Part shown: positions 40,959 to 57,507 of the stretch, in pieces
How positions within the stretch are numbered: the stretch's first letter is position 1
Layout: each line of letters starts with the position of its first letter
Assembly: GCA_040954595.2 (NCBI GenBank)
Contig: CM082583.2
Span: 11,632,636 to 11,696,635 of the forward strand
Source of the DNA: Balanoglossus misakiensis
Lineage: Eukaryota; Animalia; Hemichordata
Direction of reading: 5' to 3'
Length of the DNA: 64,000 nucleotides
Notes under the pieces: model-generated
Seen by the model: only the letters and a program-made list of their open reading frames with translations
The model's database searches: none
Told to the model about the DNA's origin: nothing
Translations under genes and position numbers: made by a program

Positions 40959-43531
40959 TCAGAGAAGCTGACTTGTGATTGGGTGGAGTAAAGCCATATG
41001 CTCTGCACCCTTAATGTTCAATTTGTTTCTCGAATAATGGTCAATCATTGCAGGGATGGTTGCAAATGGTTTACTGAATTCCCCCAGAATGTATCCTTCT
41101 TCATGTTTAACTATTTTCATATGCATGAAGCCTCTGGTACTCCTGAAAGGAAGAACAATATCCAGTATTAAGAATCTCATTTATTAATTCATTCACAAAA
41201 TGAAATATGATGCAAGAACTTCCATCAACGTTACTAACCGAATAAAGTTATGCTCATGCCCTATCAGAAGAGGCGGGAATAAACTGAGTGACAGTCAGCA
41301 GACTTACTTGAGAGATAACGAATAGTCCTTTGCACTACCACTCTCACTTTGTCTCACAAGATAACTACATTCTTCACACATTCTTAGAACAAGTTCTGCG
41401 TCTTGTCTGGACAATTTGCCATGGTACCACCTGGAGTAACAAATGACAAAAACAGCGTCATGAACAATGTTGAGCCTCCTCCAGTGAGAGCATTCAGGTG
41501 CCGGGGTATACCAGTGCTACACTACTGGAAGAAAGTAACATTTACACACACAGAAAAATAATTAATTTGATATGAAATAACTACCTTTGTTCCTCTAGAG
41601 GTATTGTGGGATCAATCACCTCTCCTAATGTTTCAATCTTTGGTTTAATGTCCAATTTCAGAGCAGATCTCTTGGGAGACTGTTGAGGGTTGTCAGAACT
41701 TTTGACAGCATCTACTGTGTTAGGAGACTGGGATAGCTGTGTCTGCTCTGCTCTCTCAATCCCATCAATTTGATGGAAATCCAACTTCTTTGACGGCTGT
41801 TCACTGGAATGTTTGCTTGATCCAAGTTCATCTGCAACAAAACATCAAAAATACTGTTAAGGGCATGGTGTACCAATTTGGTACATTCAAATATGAAATA
41901 TGACTGTACTGTTTCATGTATTTTTGGTTTACAAACAAAAAGCTCATTACCAAGCAAAGCCTGTGACAGTCTGTCTTTAGGTTTCCAATCCCATGGGATC
42001 TCATACTCGTCCACTGGTCTCAAATCTTTTTCCCTTGTCTGTTGACTGATGCCACACGCACCGCATGCACTGTTTGAGTCTTCATTCATTGTCTCTGAAT
42101 ATTCAACTTGCTCTGGTTTGTTCTTCCCAGTTAATACAATTTCAGCCCGCTTATCAAGGATTGCTTTTGGTAGTCTATTCTTGTTCCGCCAGTCCCACGG
42201 TTCATCGTATTCATCAGCTGGTCTGTCGTCAAGTTCATGACACTGGCTGTATCTGGCCTGCTCTTTCGAATGCTCATCATATGATCCATCTTCAATCTGC
42301 CGACTATAATCACGTTTCTTTTGATCCTGAGATTCAATCTGTTGCTCAACAAGATCAGCTGTTGTTGGTTGCTTAGCAATGTCAGGATCATATGGATCTT
42401 CATAAACGTGCACTTTCTTGGTGCCATGTGATTTTTCGTCTCTTTCTCCCTTTTGCATGGCTTTTTGCTTTGTACCCTCTCTGCTTTCTATAGAATCAAG
42501 AAGAGAAGTTGATTTTTTTAAACAAAAGCAGTAATGGCTCCGGACAGATGGATGAATATATGGACGGAGCCTAAAATAGATTTCCCCTTCCGGAATTTCG
42601 CTGGTAGGGCCACAAACTTACAAACTATTAGTTCATTTTGACATGACAGGGTTAGCAGTGAATTCAGAACATACAAAAACACACATTGATGCTTACGTTG
42701 AACAATTTTCCGTGCTTCATAGGGCTCACTATAATCATCTTCCTCGTATGCTTTTCCTGATATAGGGCCATCTGGTGGGGTTTCATACAAAGGAGCAGCT
42801 ATGCTTTCAACTTCTGGTTTTCTCAGATCAAATGGATCACTGTAATCTTCAACAATTACAGTCTGTAATGGAAGACAATATTGCAGTGTCAGTTTTAATA
42901 TAACACAGCTATGCAATGTAAAATTGGTGATCAGTGTTTGTATCAAATTGAGTTTAATTTAGAAGTGTTCATTATATAATCATGTACGTAATGTATTTGC
43001 TGGGTTTGCCTGTCCAGCCAGCGCCACCCATCCTAACTATAAATACTCGTCATCCCATCAATTACTCTGACAGACGGCTTAGTTGTGCTAAATAATATCT
43101 GTCTCGTTGACAGCCCCTTCACAACATACCCTCCCCTTCATCTATTTAGTGGGTGGGGTCGACCGAGAACTTTAAATACATACCTTTCTTGCCGGCGTCT
43201 GATCAGATTCTTTCGATCTTGTGTCTACGTTCGCTCTCTGCTCAACGCCAGTGCTACCGACATAACTATGTGGTCGTGGTTTCGGACTGGCTGTATGAAA
43301 ATCTCGGTCTTTCTGAAGGTATTTAGGAGGACTGCTGCTATGAATGATAGGAATAACACCAGACAGGGTTGTTGACAAGCGTCCGTCGGCACTAATATAT
43401 TCGGGAAGTGCCTCTTCGTCGGATTCATAGTCCCAACTACGACTGCGCCTACCGTTTTTGGCGTCATAATCTGGTTCTGGTGGCTCTGGAGGTGATTTTT
43501 TCCCCAGTAGATGCTTAAATAATTTAGCCAT
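40959..43531 (-). CDS. SH2-domain adaptor of the SHB/SHD/SHE/SHF family
   Basis: N-terminal PPEPPEPDY; YSDPFD, YSEPY, RPADEYDEPWDW and EYEIPWDW motifs. C-terminal SH2: WYHGKLSRQDAELVL..SYLVRQSES..YSLSL/STRGFMHMKI..YILGEFSKPFATIPAMIDHY..GAEHMALLHPI. Confidence 0.88.
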
Positions 43532-43785
43532 GGTGTAATATCGTCAATGGGAGCCCAATGACTAGCACAATACCTGTCGAATGACAAACCGGAAGTGATT
43601 GCTTTCGCTGGGACTGTTGGGTAGTGGCGAGTAACATGATCTGATTATCTGATTATGTCGATGCGTATTGAGGCCTGATGAACTTCTTATGAATAGCTAG
43701 ACTACAAAACGAAAGTGTCCATATTTGCATAATCGCCACCACATTTTGAGAAAACTGTACATGAACGATATTACATAGCCTTCTC

Positions 43786-44211
43786 TAGTCTCGGTTACCC
43801 AGAGCCCTCTGCTTCTTCCGTTAGGCACTCCAGAAAGAGGGTCTGGGGAAACCCGGTAGACAAACCGTCAGGCGGAATCGGGACAGCTGCGATGCATGAC
43901 GGGAGATTAATATTCGATACGATATTATGATATGTCGATATTAGAAAACTATTTACCGAACTTCTCTCTCTCTTTTCAATTTGTAGACAGTTTTAGCAGG
44001 TCTAGCACTTCTCAGCATGTTTTCTTTATCGTATGTCATACATGTCGGCCGTGGGTTCGCGCGCAGGACGTCGCCATTTTGGAATATTAATCTCCCGTCA
44101 TGCATCGCAGCTGTCCCGATTCCGCCTGACGGTTTGTCTACCGGGTTTCCCCAGACCCTCTTTCTGGAGTGCCTAACGGAAGAAGCAGAGGGCTCTGGGT
44201 AACCGAGACTA
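43786..44211. mobile_element. Non-autonomous TIR DNA transposon (MITE), 130-bp TIRs beginning TAG, 9-bp TSD
   Basis: 43786-43915 is the reverse complement of 44082-44211. The direct repeat AGCCTTCTC lies at 43777-43785 and 44212-44220. Confidence 0.93.
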
Positions 44212-44979
44212 AGCCTTCTCAGGTTCCAGGCGCCATCTTTTTTTACAGAGGTCATAGGTCACTTTGGGGAAAAAGTCGACAAGTTAAGGGGGCGCGGTTC
44301 ACCAATATCACTTGTATTAAATCATTTTATCTGTCAAATATGCTTCGAAGAATGATTAGAAGACTGCCTTTTTGACCAATGTATACAGCCAGTGTGATAT
44401 TTGCAATCAGTAGAAACATTTTCGGTAGGGTGGCACTAAAAGTGACAGTGACTTGGAAGCTGTAGATGTTGATGATGTAGTCCAATGCTGTATTGAATAA
44501 ATATAGGCCTAAAAGCAAGTGTACATACATAATTATTACAAATTGGCAGTAATGTCCGATATTTTCACAATGAATGCATTGCCGCTGAAAAAGTTCATCC
44601 GAGTGAAATTCACTATGTGACAGCAATTCACCCATAGGGATGTGGCTTTTCCGATTACATATTTGACTTATGTTTGTGCAACTCTAAATTTGCCTACCAA
44701 GTTTGCTTTGTGCCGACTGTTGTCGTTTTGTAAATACCATGGATCGCACGCCCCAGTATATTAAAGTACCTGCAAGAATTCTGATCGTTTGAGGTCAGTG
44801 AATAGAACCATATGTTTTATTATGTTACAAAAATTCTCAACTGGTACATGTAGTACGCATCACAGTATTGCGCATGTGTGTCAAACTTAATATCGATGAT
44901 TTAGATTGGTAAGTGTCGTGGACTGATACCTACATATATCTGCTTCTGTCCTGCTGTACTCATTTTGGAGATTTCAAGT

Positions 44980-47722
44980 ATGACACCTCGGTGGTCAAGA
45001 TCGAAACTGAAAAAAATTCGCTCTGGCGTAATTTTTTTATTCGGAATAACATTCGGTTTTGTGTGCTGTACTTTTCTGCGCTTCCATGGAATGCACATAA
45101 AATCCTGTTGCTTAAAGTCATCTCAACTCGTCGATGATGACGTGGAAACATTTGCAAGAGAGAGGAGACGCTCCGAAAACTTTATCTACGTAGGGGTGAT
45201 GACAACCAAGATGTATTTATCTACTCGAGCTACTGCCGTTAATCGTACTTGGGCGAAATCGATTCCAGGAAAAGTGACGTTTTTCTCGAGTGTAGATACA
45301 AACCTCTCGTCGTTTGATTTTCCTTTAGTCACTTTAGCTGGCGTAGACGATACGTATCCACCCCAAAAGAAGGCATTTCTCATGCTGAAATACATGCACG
45401 ACAATTATCTCGATCAATACGAATGGTTTGTACGTGCCGACGATGATGTTTACATCAAGGGAGATAAACTGGAAGATTTTTTGCGATCTATAAATAGTTC
45501 CAAGGCGCACTATATCGGCCAGTCTGGACAAGGTAATACAGAAGAAAGAGGCAAGTTGTACCTCGAACCGGGTGAAAACTATTGTATTGGGGGAACTGGT
45601 ATGATATTCAGTCGCGAAACACTGCGAAGAGTTGTACCGAATATCATTTACTGTCTGAAGCACCTATATACAACACACGAGGATGTAGAAATAGGACGGT
45701 GTATCCGCAAGTTTGCTAATGTCAACTGTACGTGGTCCTATGAGGTATGTTAATTACTGAATTTTCATAACCAATCAAGCTGAGACTGTCTCAACTTTAT
45801 ACCATTTTATCAGAGAACTGCCTAGGATTTACTTTTTCTCATTAACCATGCAGACATGGGCATACTCAGCCGGCCCCGTACGCACATCATGAAACTCCAA
45901 CCAGTACTTTTATAGGAATTACATGTTATCCATTTGCTGTTCGATTCGCAACCTTGAATTCTGAAGTATTTGTCGAAAGGGCTGTGTAGCTTTAGTCTTT
46001 CCGTTGGCTCTAGATTTATACGAGGAAGTGGTACCAGCACATTTCTTTCCCTGCATATACAATTTGTTTAATTTTCCCACGCTGAGTAATTCAAATATGC
46101 TTTGGAACTTTTATGTGACAGTTACTGTGAAAGAACTTGAATAGAATTTAAATTTTATCGTGCGAGTAGTACGAGTAATCTTTCTTTTCTTTTTCTTCGA
46201 ACATGACTTCTTCCAGATATTCAAACGGTGACATATCATTATCAATGGCCTTTTTGCTTTTCAGATGCAAAAACTCTTTTACCAAAATCACTCCACAACT
46301 GACGGCTTCAAGGGAAATCTACATTTACCTGAAGTCCATAAAGCTATATCTCTCCATCCGATAAAAACAACACAGAATTTATACAGAGTCCATTCTTACA
46401 TCATTTATACAAAAATCCGTGACCTTGAGTATAAGACAACGACGTTTAGGAGAGAAGTGGAACAAATGAAGACGATTTTAGCCAAGGAAACTGGTAGCAA
46501 GGAAGACTTGAAATCAGCTCAAAATGACCTTTCCTGGTCTAAACAAAGTGACTACAAGGAAAGTATTCCATGGAATTTTCTGTCTCCACCTTATTACTCA
46601 TCATGGGTTGCTGGTAGTCAAAAACGTTATATGCGACACTTGTATGTATCAGAAATAAGCAGCCTCGTGTCTTTCTTTGCTGAAACTCGGAATGTGAAAT
46701 CCAAAGCTCCAAAAATAATTTACGGATATCGGCAAATCAACCCAAAGATGGGAATCTCCTACATTATCAGGTCTCCTACTGAGACAACTAAGAATTTACA
46801 TATGAACCATGTCAGAGAACATCTCCATATGCGTCGTCCATTTGGGAAAGTCGAATTTCGTGAGGATGTTTCCAAATCGTTGGAGCCAGCGTCTGCATTT
46901 CGTAAAAACAACAGGAGTGGTATGAAAGATGCGGAGTATATTAATACGATCCATTTCGTGGTTCCATTGTCAGGTAGATTCGAAACCTTCCAAGCCTTTA
47001 TGAAAACATTTGATAGAGTGTGTCTGAAAAGTAAGGAGGACGTGAAACTTGCTGTGGTTTTCTTTGAAGATTCAACCCACGGTCCATCGAAAGACAAGTA
47101 CATAGACTTAATCAAGTTATATCAGAGTAAAAATCCGGATGTCGATATTCGTCTTATATCCGCCAAGGGGACATTTTCGCGCGGTGTCGCACTTGAATTA
47201 GGAGCAGCAGAGTATCCTGATGACGTGTTACTCATGTTTTTAGATGTTGACCTTGACATTGACCACAGTCTTCTGCTCCGATGCCGCGAAAACACAATCC
47301 AGGGGAAGCAAGTGTATTACCCTATTATGTTCAGCGTCTTTAATATAAGTTTAGCGCACGCGCAAAATTCAATCCAACCAAACAATTTGGCGTCGGAGTC
47401 GGCCATCTCCAAAAATAATGGTTTCTTCCGAGACTTCTCTTATGGAATGGTGTGTGCCTACCATAGCGATATTAAAAGAACGGGTGGGTTTAATCTCGAC
47501 ATTGTTGGGTGGGGCTTAGAGGATGTTGATTTGTACCGAAAATTCATTTCGAGCAATATGACCATTTTCCGTTCGAATGATATCGCTCTTATCCACAAAT
47601 ACCACGAGAAATACTGTGATCCGAAACTTCCAAAACTACAGTTTAAAATGTGCATGGGCTCCAAATATATGATTACAGCCAATTCAGTACAGTTGTCAAA
47701 ACTAATACTATCAACAAAGTGA
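44980..47722 (+). CDS. CHSY1: Chondroitin sulfate synthase 1-like (2 coding exons)
   Basis: Type II TM anchor; VGVMTT..RATAVNRTWA, VDDTYPPQKKAFLMLKYMHD..WFVRADDDVY, HEDVEIGRC, CTWSYE/MQKLFY, FSRGVALELGA, FLDVD, GWGLEDVDLY. Confidence 0.92.
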
Positions 47723-49189
47723 TGGAGATACTTGTTAGTGACAGGCTGGATGCAGTGATTTCCGTATCTGTCACCTCATTGGTGGCAAACTACCTAATAT
47801 GATATACCCCTTTACTATTTTCTCTGTTATTAAAACTTTGTAAAATTTAAGTTGGTGTGACTCTTTGTTTACTAAGGAGAAATAAAGAAACAACAACAAC
47901 AGCTCACTGACTGTCTCTCACTCACTCATACATACATACACCTACCCACCAACGATACGAGAATGAATTTATATAGCGCTCTGAATGTCACAGTTGGACC
48001 CAATGAAATTCAGATGCATGATTTATCGCTGAGTCAATACCGACTAGATTTACACCATTGTCCCCCTTTCCCTCACACACATATGTGGCAATGCGGAAGG
48101 TTAAACAATAGTCCGCGTTTGCGTCACACCATGTGTGACAGATGAAGCAATCGGCGGAAACAGCTGTAGCCCAATGAGGGGCTCATAGAATACGGATTTC
48201 TGTTGTTCCAATTTAATGTAAAACTATCGAATCCTCTTCAATGACATCCTTGTACGCATGCATCGAAGCATTGCATTGTCTCAGTGCTCGCCGTGATTTA
48301 GACAAAGATAGATTGATTTTACTCTTCGAGATTCACAACACCAAAAATTACATACATAACAGAACTCAAGAAAAATTCTCAACTTTTTTTTAATTTCATT
48401 TCGGGGGATTACAGTTTCAGGCAAAACAAGTTCTGTTTTTATCTACCATTTCCAGTCGTAAGGTAATTACACACATTTTTTGCACCAACCAGCAGCCTCT
48501 ACGCGTTTTAACATTTTCTCCTATCAGAACGTAATATCCCTCCAACAAGCTATTTAGTTTTATTAGTTCTTCTCCCTCCTTACGTAACAAATGTGAAAAT
48601 ACACTTTCAATTTTTTACTAGCAGCTTAAATATGTTACCCTAATCCCTTATTAAAGTTGCACAGATTGCAATATTTTTTTGATATTGCTGACATTGCTGA
48701 CGTCACCCTTTGTGTTTTTTTCAACTAGCCAAACATGATGATTCCGCAGATTAAGATATTTACATTAATTTTGGTATCATACGATTGAATTTGAGATTCC
48801 CTAGCACTGCATTTTGCCGCAAGAAGCAAGATTGCAGTTTACAAACTTGCGATTTTTTAAACTTAAACAGCATCGATACTTTACGAGTGATATTGACTCC
48901 AAAGTGCAAGAGTTTTTTTCTGGACTTTTTAAATTTAAAAACTGTCTCAAAACACGTCTTTATTTTTCCCTGACCAATCATCCGAGTGTTTTGTGGTTCG
49001 CTTAAAGGGTTATGAAAATGATGATGTGATCACGTGTCACTAACTATTGCATAAACTGTTAATCTACCTATATCATCGGTCCATAAATACACACTTCAAC
49101 TTGTCAGCAGCCGTGATCATCATACTGTTCATCCGACTCGTCCAGGGAGGGATCGCCGCGCCTTATTGGGACATAATTTCACACTCGAA

Positions 49190-50839
<1,650 letters not shown>

Positions 50840-51851
50840 ATCATGAAGATTACGAGTGGGATCATGAACACTTCACGGAACAGATCGGAATGTCCAATCA
50901 GATGAGCACTTATCCATTAACTGGCCTGCAAGTGCTGCTTTCCTTACATCGTCCTGTTATTAGCCTATAGACATTTGGTGTAGAGAGTGATATTCCACTT
51001 GAATATCCTATGAGCGATAATTTGTCGACAGTTTGCTCCAATGTATTTTAAGCATGTTTTATTAAATACAATTTTCAAACCAGCTTCACTGCCATGTACT
51101 TTGTAGATTGGTAACAACGATAAGTATTGTGCTGCCAATAACCCGATGTGGGGGGGGGGGGCAATTTAGTCGCATACAAGAACAATTCAATACCAACTTG
51201 AATTTGTACGTCAGATATCCCGTTGTACTACCTTGACAAGATATGATCACACAGGTAAATATTGACACATATAAAAATCGCACGAATACTAGTGGCTGAA
51301 AACAAAATATTGCTGACAAACCCACATCCTCAACCCGCCAAAAATTAAATGGTTCTCCCCTTACGCGTGCTGTACACCCGACAAACCCAATGACCTCTAT
51401 TTACATGGCGCAGCCTGATGTATACTCCCGTATACCCTGATAATAATTAACTCATATACCGCGGACTATCATTAAGTGCACAAAATATAAACTGCTTATC
51501 TTCGGACGAATGGAGGAGGTGATATATGTTACCTCACAGAACCCTGCAGTGGATCAGACAGGGTAAATAATGTGGATAAAATCATAGAACTCCCGGACAA
51601 CATTTTAAAATACATCTCCCATAGTAATTGTGTTAATCTAAGGGCAAGACTGCCGCGTGGCAGGGGGATCGTTGTAAGATGATATGTTACATGTGAGCCC
51701 AACCCTTGCCCTTTGAAACGGAGCATCCCCTGTGGAAGACAATGTTAAACATTGACTTTTTTATCGCTTCTATATCATGTGGCTCATGTGATTACTTGGT
51801 ACGTGTCGCGGCATTAAAAGTAGCCACACGACACATTTTCTCGACATTGTC

Positions 51852-54800
51852 ATGGAACAAACGCCAACAAATATAATGACTGTTGGCGACAGTTCTGTGA
51901 AGGAAAATGGGGATATCATGGAAGAGGACAAGGTAGAGAGAGCGACAGGCAACGTAAATGAAGCTTTCGAGGTTAGTATGTATTTAAAAGCTATGTTGAT
52001 TCATATGCCTGTTGTAATGGAGGCCATGTGCGCTATTGCCATCATCAAACTAGCCTAATGCTTCCACCCAACTTAAACATGAGAGTTGATGTGCTAAGTG
52101 GGTCATGGTCATCATTGTAAATATTATACAACTTGCAAGTTTTGCTTTAAATGTGTTTGATAAACGGAGAAGGGTCCTTCACAGTTATAGATGTTTTGAA
52201 TGGGGTGTTTTGAATTCTCGCTCTTTCCAGACTATCTGTAAATGTTTGATTGTTGACTAAAGAGATCATTGGGCTAGGCAACTCAGAACAAGTTGCATGT
52301 CACTATGCTAAATAAATTACTATAATTACTATACTATACTGTATAATTACTATACATGTACTACTATACTTCTACATCGTAACATAAAGTGTAGACATTG
52401 TAAGGGCCGTGACAGATTTAACGGGGGAGGGATGGTGATTTCACGCGTGGTCGAAGAAAAATAACCTCTGCCAAATAAAAATCGCTGACTCCCTCCCCAA
52501 ACGTCATGAATGAAACGTTACTGCCCTTCCCCAAAGTACAACAAACTATTGCTGAGGATGGATTTAAATCGGATCAAGATTGAATTTTAGCAACAGAGTG
52601 CAGACTAAACATACTTACAGACTAAGTTGATAAATTTAATAGGGAATTGAAGATGATTTACTGTTGGTGCACTAAATTACGAAAAAAACACTGATCATAA
52701 AAACGGCTACTGTGACATGTTAAAGACCAATGGTTATAATAGTCGACTTTTGCAAATATTTTCTGCATGTCAGTCGATATGTAACAATTAGCCACGAACA
52801 TTATCGTTCTTTTTTACAAACTGACTGGTCACAAGTGTGATTTATATGTTTATGTAACATAACTGTATCCTTCTCAAATCTTGATTAAATAAGAACTCTT
52901 TGCCCTGAATAAACACAAAGCCACTAGTCACGATAGTCGTATGTCAACTATCTTTGCACGACGAACTTTATGTACACTCATTTATATACCACGGGCCTAC
53001 CACTGGCATGACATTTGCAGATGACCACCATAAATGTTGTTGCTAGCCTCAATATGCATGAAAACGCAACATGCTCATAGGCATAACCTGGTGAATCAAC
53101 GCCATTTCCATTTACCCACCACTCTTTGAGTCCGTCAATACTTATCGTCAAGAATGCCATTTTTTTAAATGACCATGGTTGAACCCATCGCCCCATTCAC
53201 TCTGAAAACAATGCCTTGGCACCTGCCCAGAATGTAGGCTATCATTTCTTTTCATCTCATGATCAGACTCAAGCACTTCCAACCAATACCAAACTATCTA
53301 CCCTGGATTGTCTCAGAAACTCACGAGAACGGTATAACGATATAATAGTTATGAAAAGTATGCCATTTGTTTTCAGGAGCAAGGTGCATGGCAAGAAATA
53401 GAAATGGGAGAAGTAGGTGGGAGAAAGGTTGGCAGTGTCACTGAAGAAAAACCGAGCGATGATTTAAAAGAAACACAGGAAGAGGGAGATCACGTCGAGT
53501 TTTATGAAGCGACTGGGTGTTCAAAGGTAAGATGTTCCGAGGCAAATTGAACAATTGTGGTTTGACAGCGAGATGGAGAGTGGTAGGTAATTATTATTAT
53601 TAACATTACTATTCTTCTTCTCTTAATTTCAGAAAGTAGGTGATCAAATAGCAGCCTTCAAAATCTGGTGTGCCAAATATGCGAACCCAATCAGATGGAC
53701 TCTATGGGTAACTTTCGTCGTCTGTTATTGTGGCTATTTCATCTATGCTTGTTACTATGATTTCCCAGCCGCCCTTGCGCTCTTCATTTTCACTTCCTTG
53801 GCATTACTGTACTGGATTTATGTCCTCGTTCGAGACAGATTTGGAGAGGAGATTTGGGAGAAGTGTCTTTCTCCGTGCTGTGGAGTCATTGATAAATACT
53901 GGTATATCATGAAGTGGTAAGTTTTGAATTCACAATTGGACTGAGCTTTTGAGTACAATCTGAGTGTAATTTATGTATAGTATTTTTACATACGCAATCC
54001 CTCATCTCTCCTTAATTCTCCTTGTATTAATAGTTTACGTATTCATAGAGTATAGTGCTAGTGGGAAGAATTTGGGAAGAAATTTGATGTAATATGATTA
54101 TTTTTTACAGGCCAATATATATTGTGTTAATTGTGGGACTAATTGTATTCCTAATCTGGGAAGCCCGGGATTATCCTCCTCAGTTGATGTCAGCAATTGG
54201 TGCCTGTGTCTTTGTCACATTTGGATACTTTTTCTCAAAATACCCGAGTTCCGTGAGTAATATAGCTTTACTTCGATCCTCTGTACGTTTGTATGATAAC
54301 ATAATCAGACGAGTGTAAATGTATACGTTCAAGAGCATCATGGTCTTTGGGATCTGCCTCCACACTTTTCGGAGAGAACATTTAAACATTTGATTGGAAA
54401 TGGGATTTGTTTACACAAAATGCTGTAACATCTATTTCTCTTCTTATGCTAATATTCCAATCGTTCTTATCTATGGATCCTTCCTATATTCCTACACTTT
54501 TGTTTTATTTTACTAGGTGAGATGGCGTCCTGTTATTTGGGGTTTGGCTCTACAGTTCCTATTAGGCCTCTTCATTCTGCGCACCTACGTCGGATACATG
54601 TTATTTTCCTGGCTTGGTGACTTTATTCAAGTGTTTCTTTCATTTTCTGATTACGGTGCTGAGTTCGTGTTTGGAGAAAATTTTCAAGACCATTACTTTG
54701 CAATGGGGGTAAGTCCATGAAAACCAGCACTGTATACAATACCAAGTGGTGTAACTTTCCTGGAGATGGTGCATTCTACAAAACATACACCATTCAACGT

Positions 54801-57507
54801 CATCACAGCTAACATTTAAATTCTATTGATTGCATATTCCAGGAGACTGAGATAAACCAAAATATGACGATGAGCAATTTTATCTGACCAACTATGCAAC
54901 CTTCGCATTTTTGTTTGCATCTCTTTACTGCACGCCATCCCCAACAACGCTTTATGTTAAATTTTGTCTTCCATAGGTGCTGCCAGTGACCATCTATTTT
55001 GCCTGTTTCATTTCAATATGCTTCTACTTGGGAGCTATGCAGTGGCTTATCATCAAAGTAGCTTGGTGTTTTGAGAAAACTATGCAAACAACACCAACAG
55101 AATCACTGAATGCAGCTGGCAATATATTCATTGGACAGGTAAGCTGTCTTGTACGATAAGCGATAAGAAAGTGCACTTTGAGTACAGACATAAACTGTAG
55201 TCAAAGTCTATTTTTTAACCCTACATTACTATGAGCACAAAATACTTTATGTATAACGGAATGGTTGATATTGTATATTTCAGACGGAAGCACCATTGCT
55301 AATCAAACCCTTTATAAAAGACATGACACTATCCGAACTTCACGCTGTAATGGTCGGTGGTTTTGCAACCATTGCGGGCAGTGTACTTGGAGCATACATC
55401 GCCTTTGGTATCAGTGCATCTCACCTCATCTCTGCTTCAGTTATGTCAGCGCCGGCTGCCCTGGCAATTTCTAAACTCTACTATCCAGAAACAAGATTTG
55501 ACAAAACTTTGACTCAGGCTGGTGTTGTAACAAGAATAGAGGCACCGTAAGTATGCTCAAAGTCTTACTCACCAGTGTCGACTATGGTATATGCAGGACT
55601 TGATTTGTTAACTGAAAGAAAAGAACAAGCACGCAAAATAACTAGCAGATAATAGTACAAATTCAGCAGAAAATGCGAGGGATATTGGTGAGCTATACCA
55701 ACTTATCGACACGTATACCAGATAATCATTACTTTGATTTTGTATATTTTATAAAAGGGAAGAGCGAAATTTCCTAGAAGCAGCAGCAAATGGGGCGTGT
55801 CAAGCTGTGCCATTGGTGGCCAACATAGCAGCGAATCTGATAGCCTTCATCGCACTTTTGGAGTTGTTCAATGCTTTTCTTGGATGGGTTGGTGGAATGG
55901 TTGGTGTTCCACAGTTAAGTTTTGAGGTGAGCATACGTTTTAAAAGCTAACATGTATTCGACATTAAGGTGGACACCACACAAGAAATGGGCATCAAACT
56001 AAGATAGAATTTGAAGTTGCAGCAGTCTTTGTGACAGTTCACGTGGTTTATTATACTAACAGGTGGATTCTTTCGATTACCTTTTCCAGTTGATTTGCTC
56101 TTATGTGTTTATGCCAGTTGCTCTTCTGATTGGCATAGAGCCAGCAGACTGTCGAATTGTAGCTGGTCTGATCGGAACCAAACTGTTCATCAATGAATTT
56201 GTAGCTTACGAGAAGCTGTCAGAACTGATTTATAATCGGGAAAATGGTCTGGAACCGTCAATCTCGGTGAGTAATAGGTTTGGTTGCCATAGTAGATTTG
56301 TGGATGTGGAATGTGTGCTTTATCTTTAGATTCGGCGTCTTCTCCGGTGGGACCCTCTCTCTCTATTTTGTCCTGTTTTGTAGCAACTGCTGGAGAAAAC
56401 TTGTTTACGTACCTGCTTTTGTAGTGCTTTCCATGGGAGTAGCGTATTACCGTGGTCAAACTGTGACAGAAACCGTCCAATATCACTTCCGAAGTCGGTA
56501 TCAGAAAAATATCAGAGAAGTTGACACGGTCCATCATGACCAGTGGCAAACACGAAAATGGCGTGGCAGGCTATCCACGTGACTAGAACATAATCTAAAT
56601 ATGCACAAACGGTCGCTTTCGACCAATCTCGTGCATGTATAGAATGAATGCCTTCTTGCTGGCCAATAGCAAATACAATCAAGCAGAGAGAGCCATGTAC
56701 TTGACCAATCAGATTAAAACAGTTTCCTTCTACACAGGTGGTATATGTCTTCATGCAGATTTGCACTGACTAGAACCCTTTTCCTACTAGTCTGCGATAG
56801 GTCAATCACCTCAACTTCTATACCAGGTGCATAAATGACCATTGTAAGCTATGGGTGACCCCATCCCATTGTGAATATTCAAATCAAAGTCTGCACATTT
56901 ATTGACAATAAATTTCCAATTTTAGACAAGATTGATGGGCTGATTATCATTGTATAAGTCGTTAATCACAACTTGTAGGTGTGCCCTAACAGTTCTAAAC
57001 ACCACACTTATGGTCAGAACTTGTAAACAGCACGAGGTGGTGTTTAAATAGTAGATTAATAGCCCCACAATACTAATAGGGTGTTGTCTTGCTTTGACTC
57101 GGATACAGGAACGCTCGGAGGTGATAACAACATATATTCTGTGTGGATTTGACAACATTAGCAGCATTGGAATTCAGTTGGGTGGACTGACACCTTTGGC
57201 ACCGAGTAGGAGAGCAGATCTTGCGTCGATCGCATCCAGAGCCCTTGTTGCGGGTACCATAACATGTTTCATGACAGCGTGTGTTGCAGGTAATACTTTA
57301 CAGTATGATACATTTTTCTCACCCAGCTAGAAATGTGGACTTATCATATTTCATATTTACCAGTACAGTATAATAACACTAACATGCCTTGTTGACTTTT
57401 TATCATCAGGTATGCTTTATACGGACTGGGATATTGCCAACCAATCAGCAGTTTCAGCAGCGGCAGTCAATGGAACTGCAGGACTTTCATATCACAACAT
57501 GTTTTGA
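51852..57507 (+). CDS. SLC28A3: Concentrative nucleoside transporter, SLC28/CNT3-like
   Basis: [102 protein letters not shown]. The GQ and SV specificity pairs are CNT3-like. Confidence 0.92.

Noticed and set aside
43953-44375. ORFs inside the TIR element
   Set aside because: No transposase motifs; incidental frames.
56327-56800. Possible transposon in the SLC28 intron
   Set aside because: Composition is suggestive, but no TIR pair or TSD could be identified.
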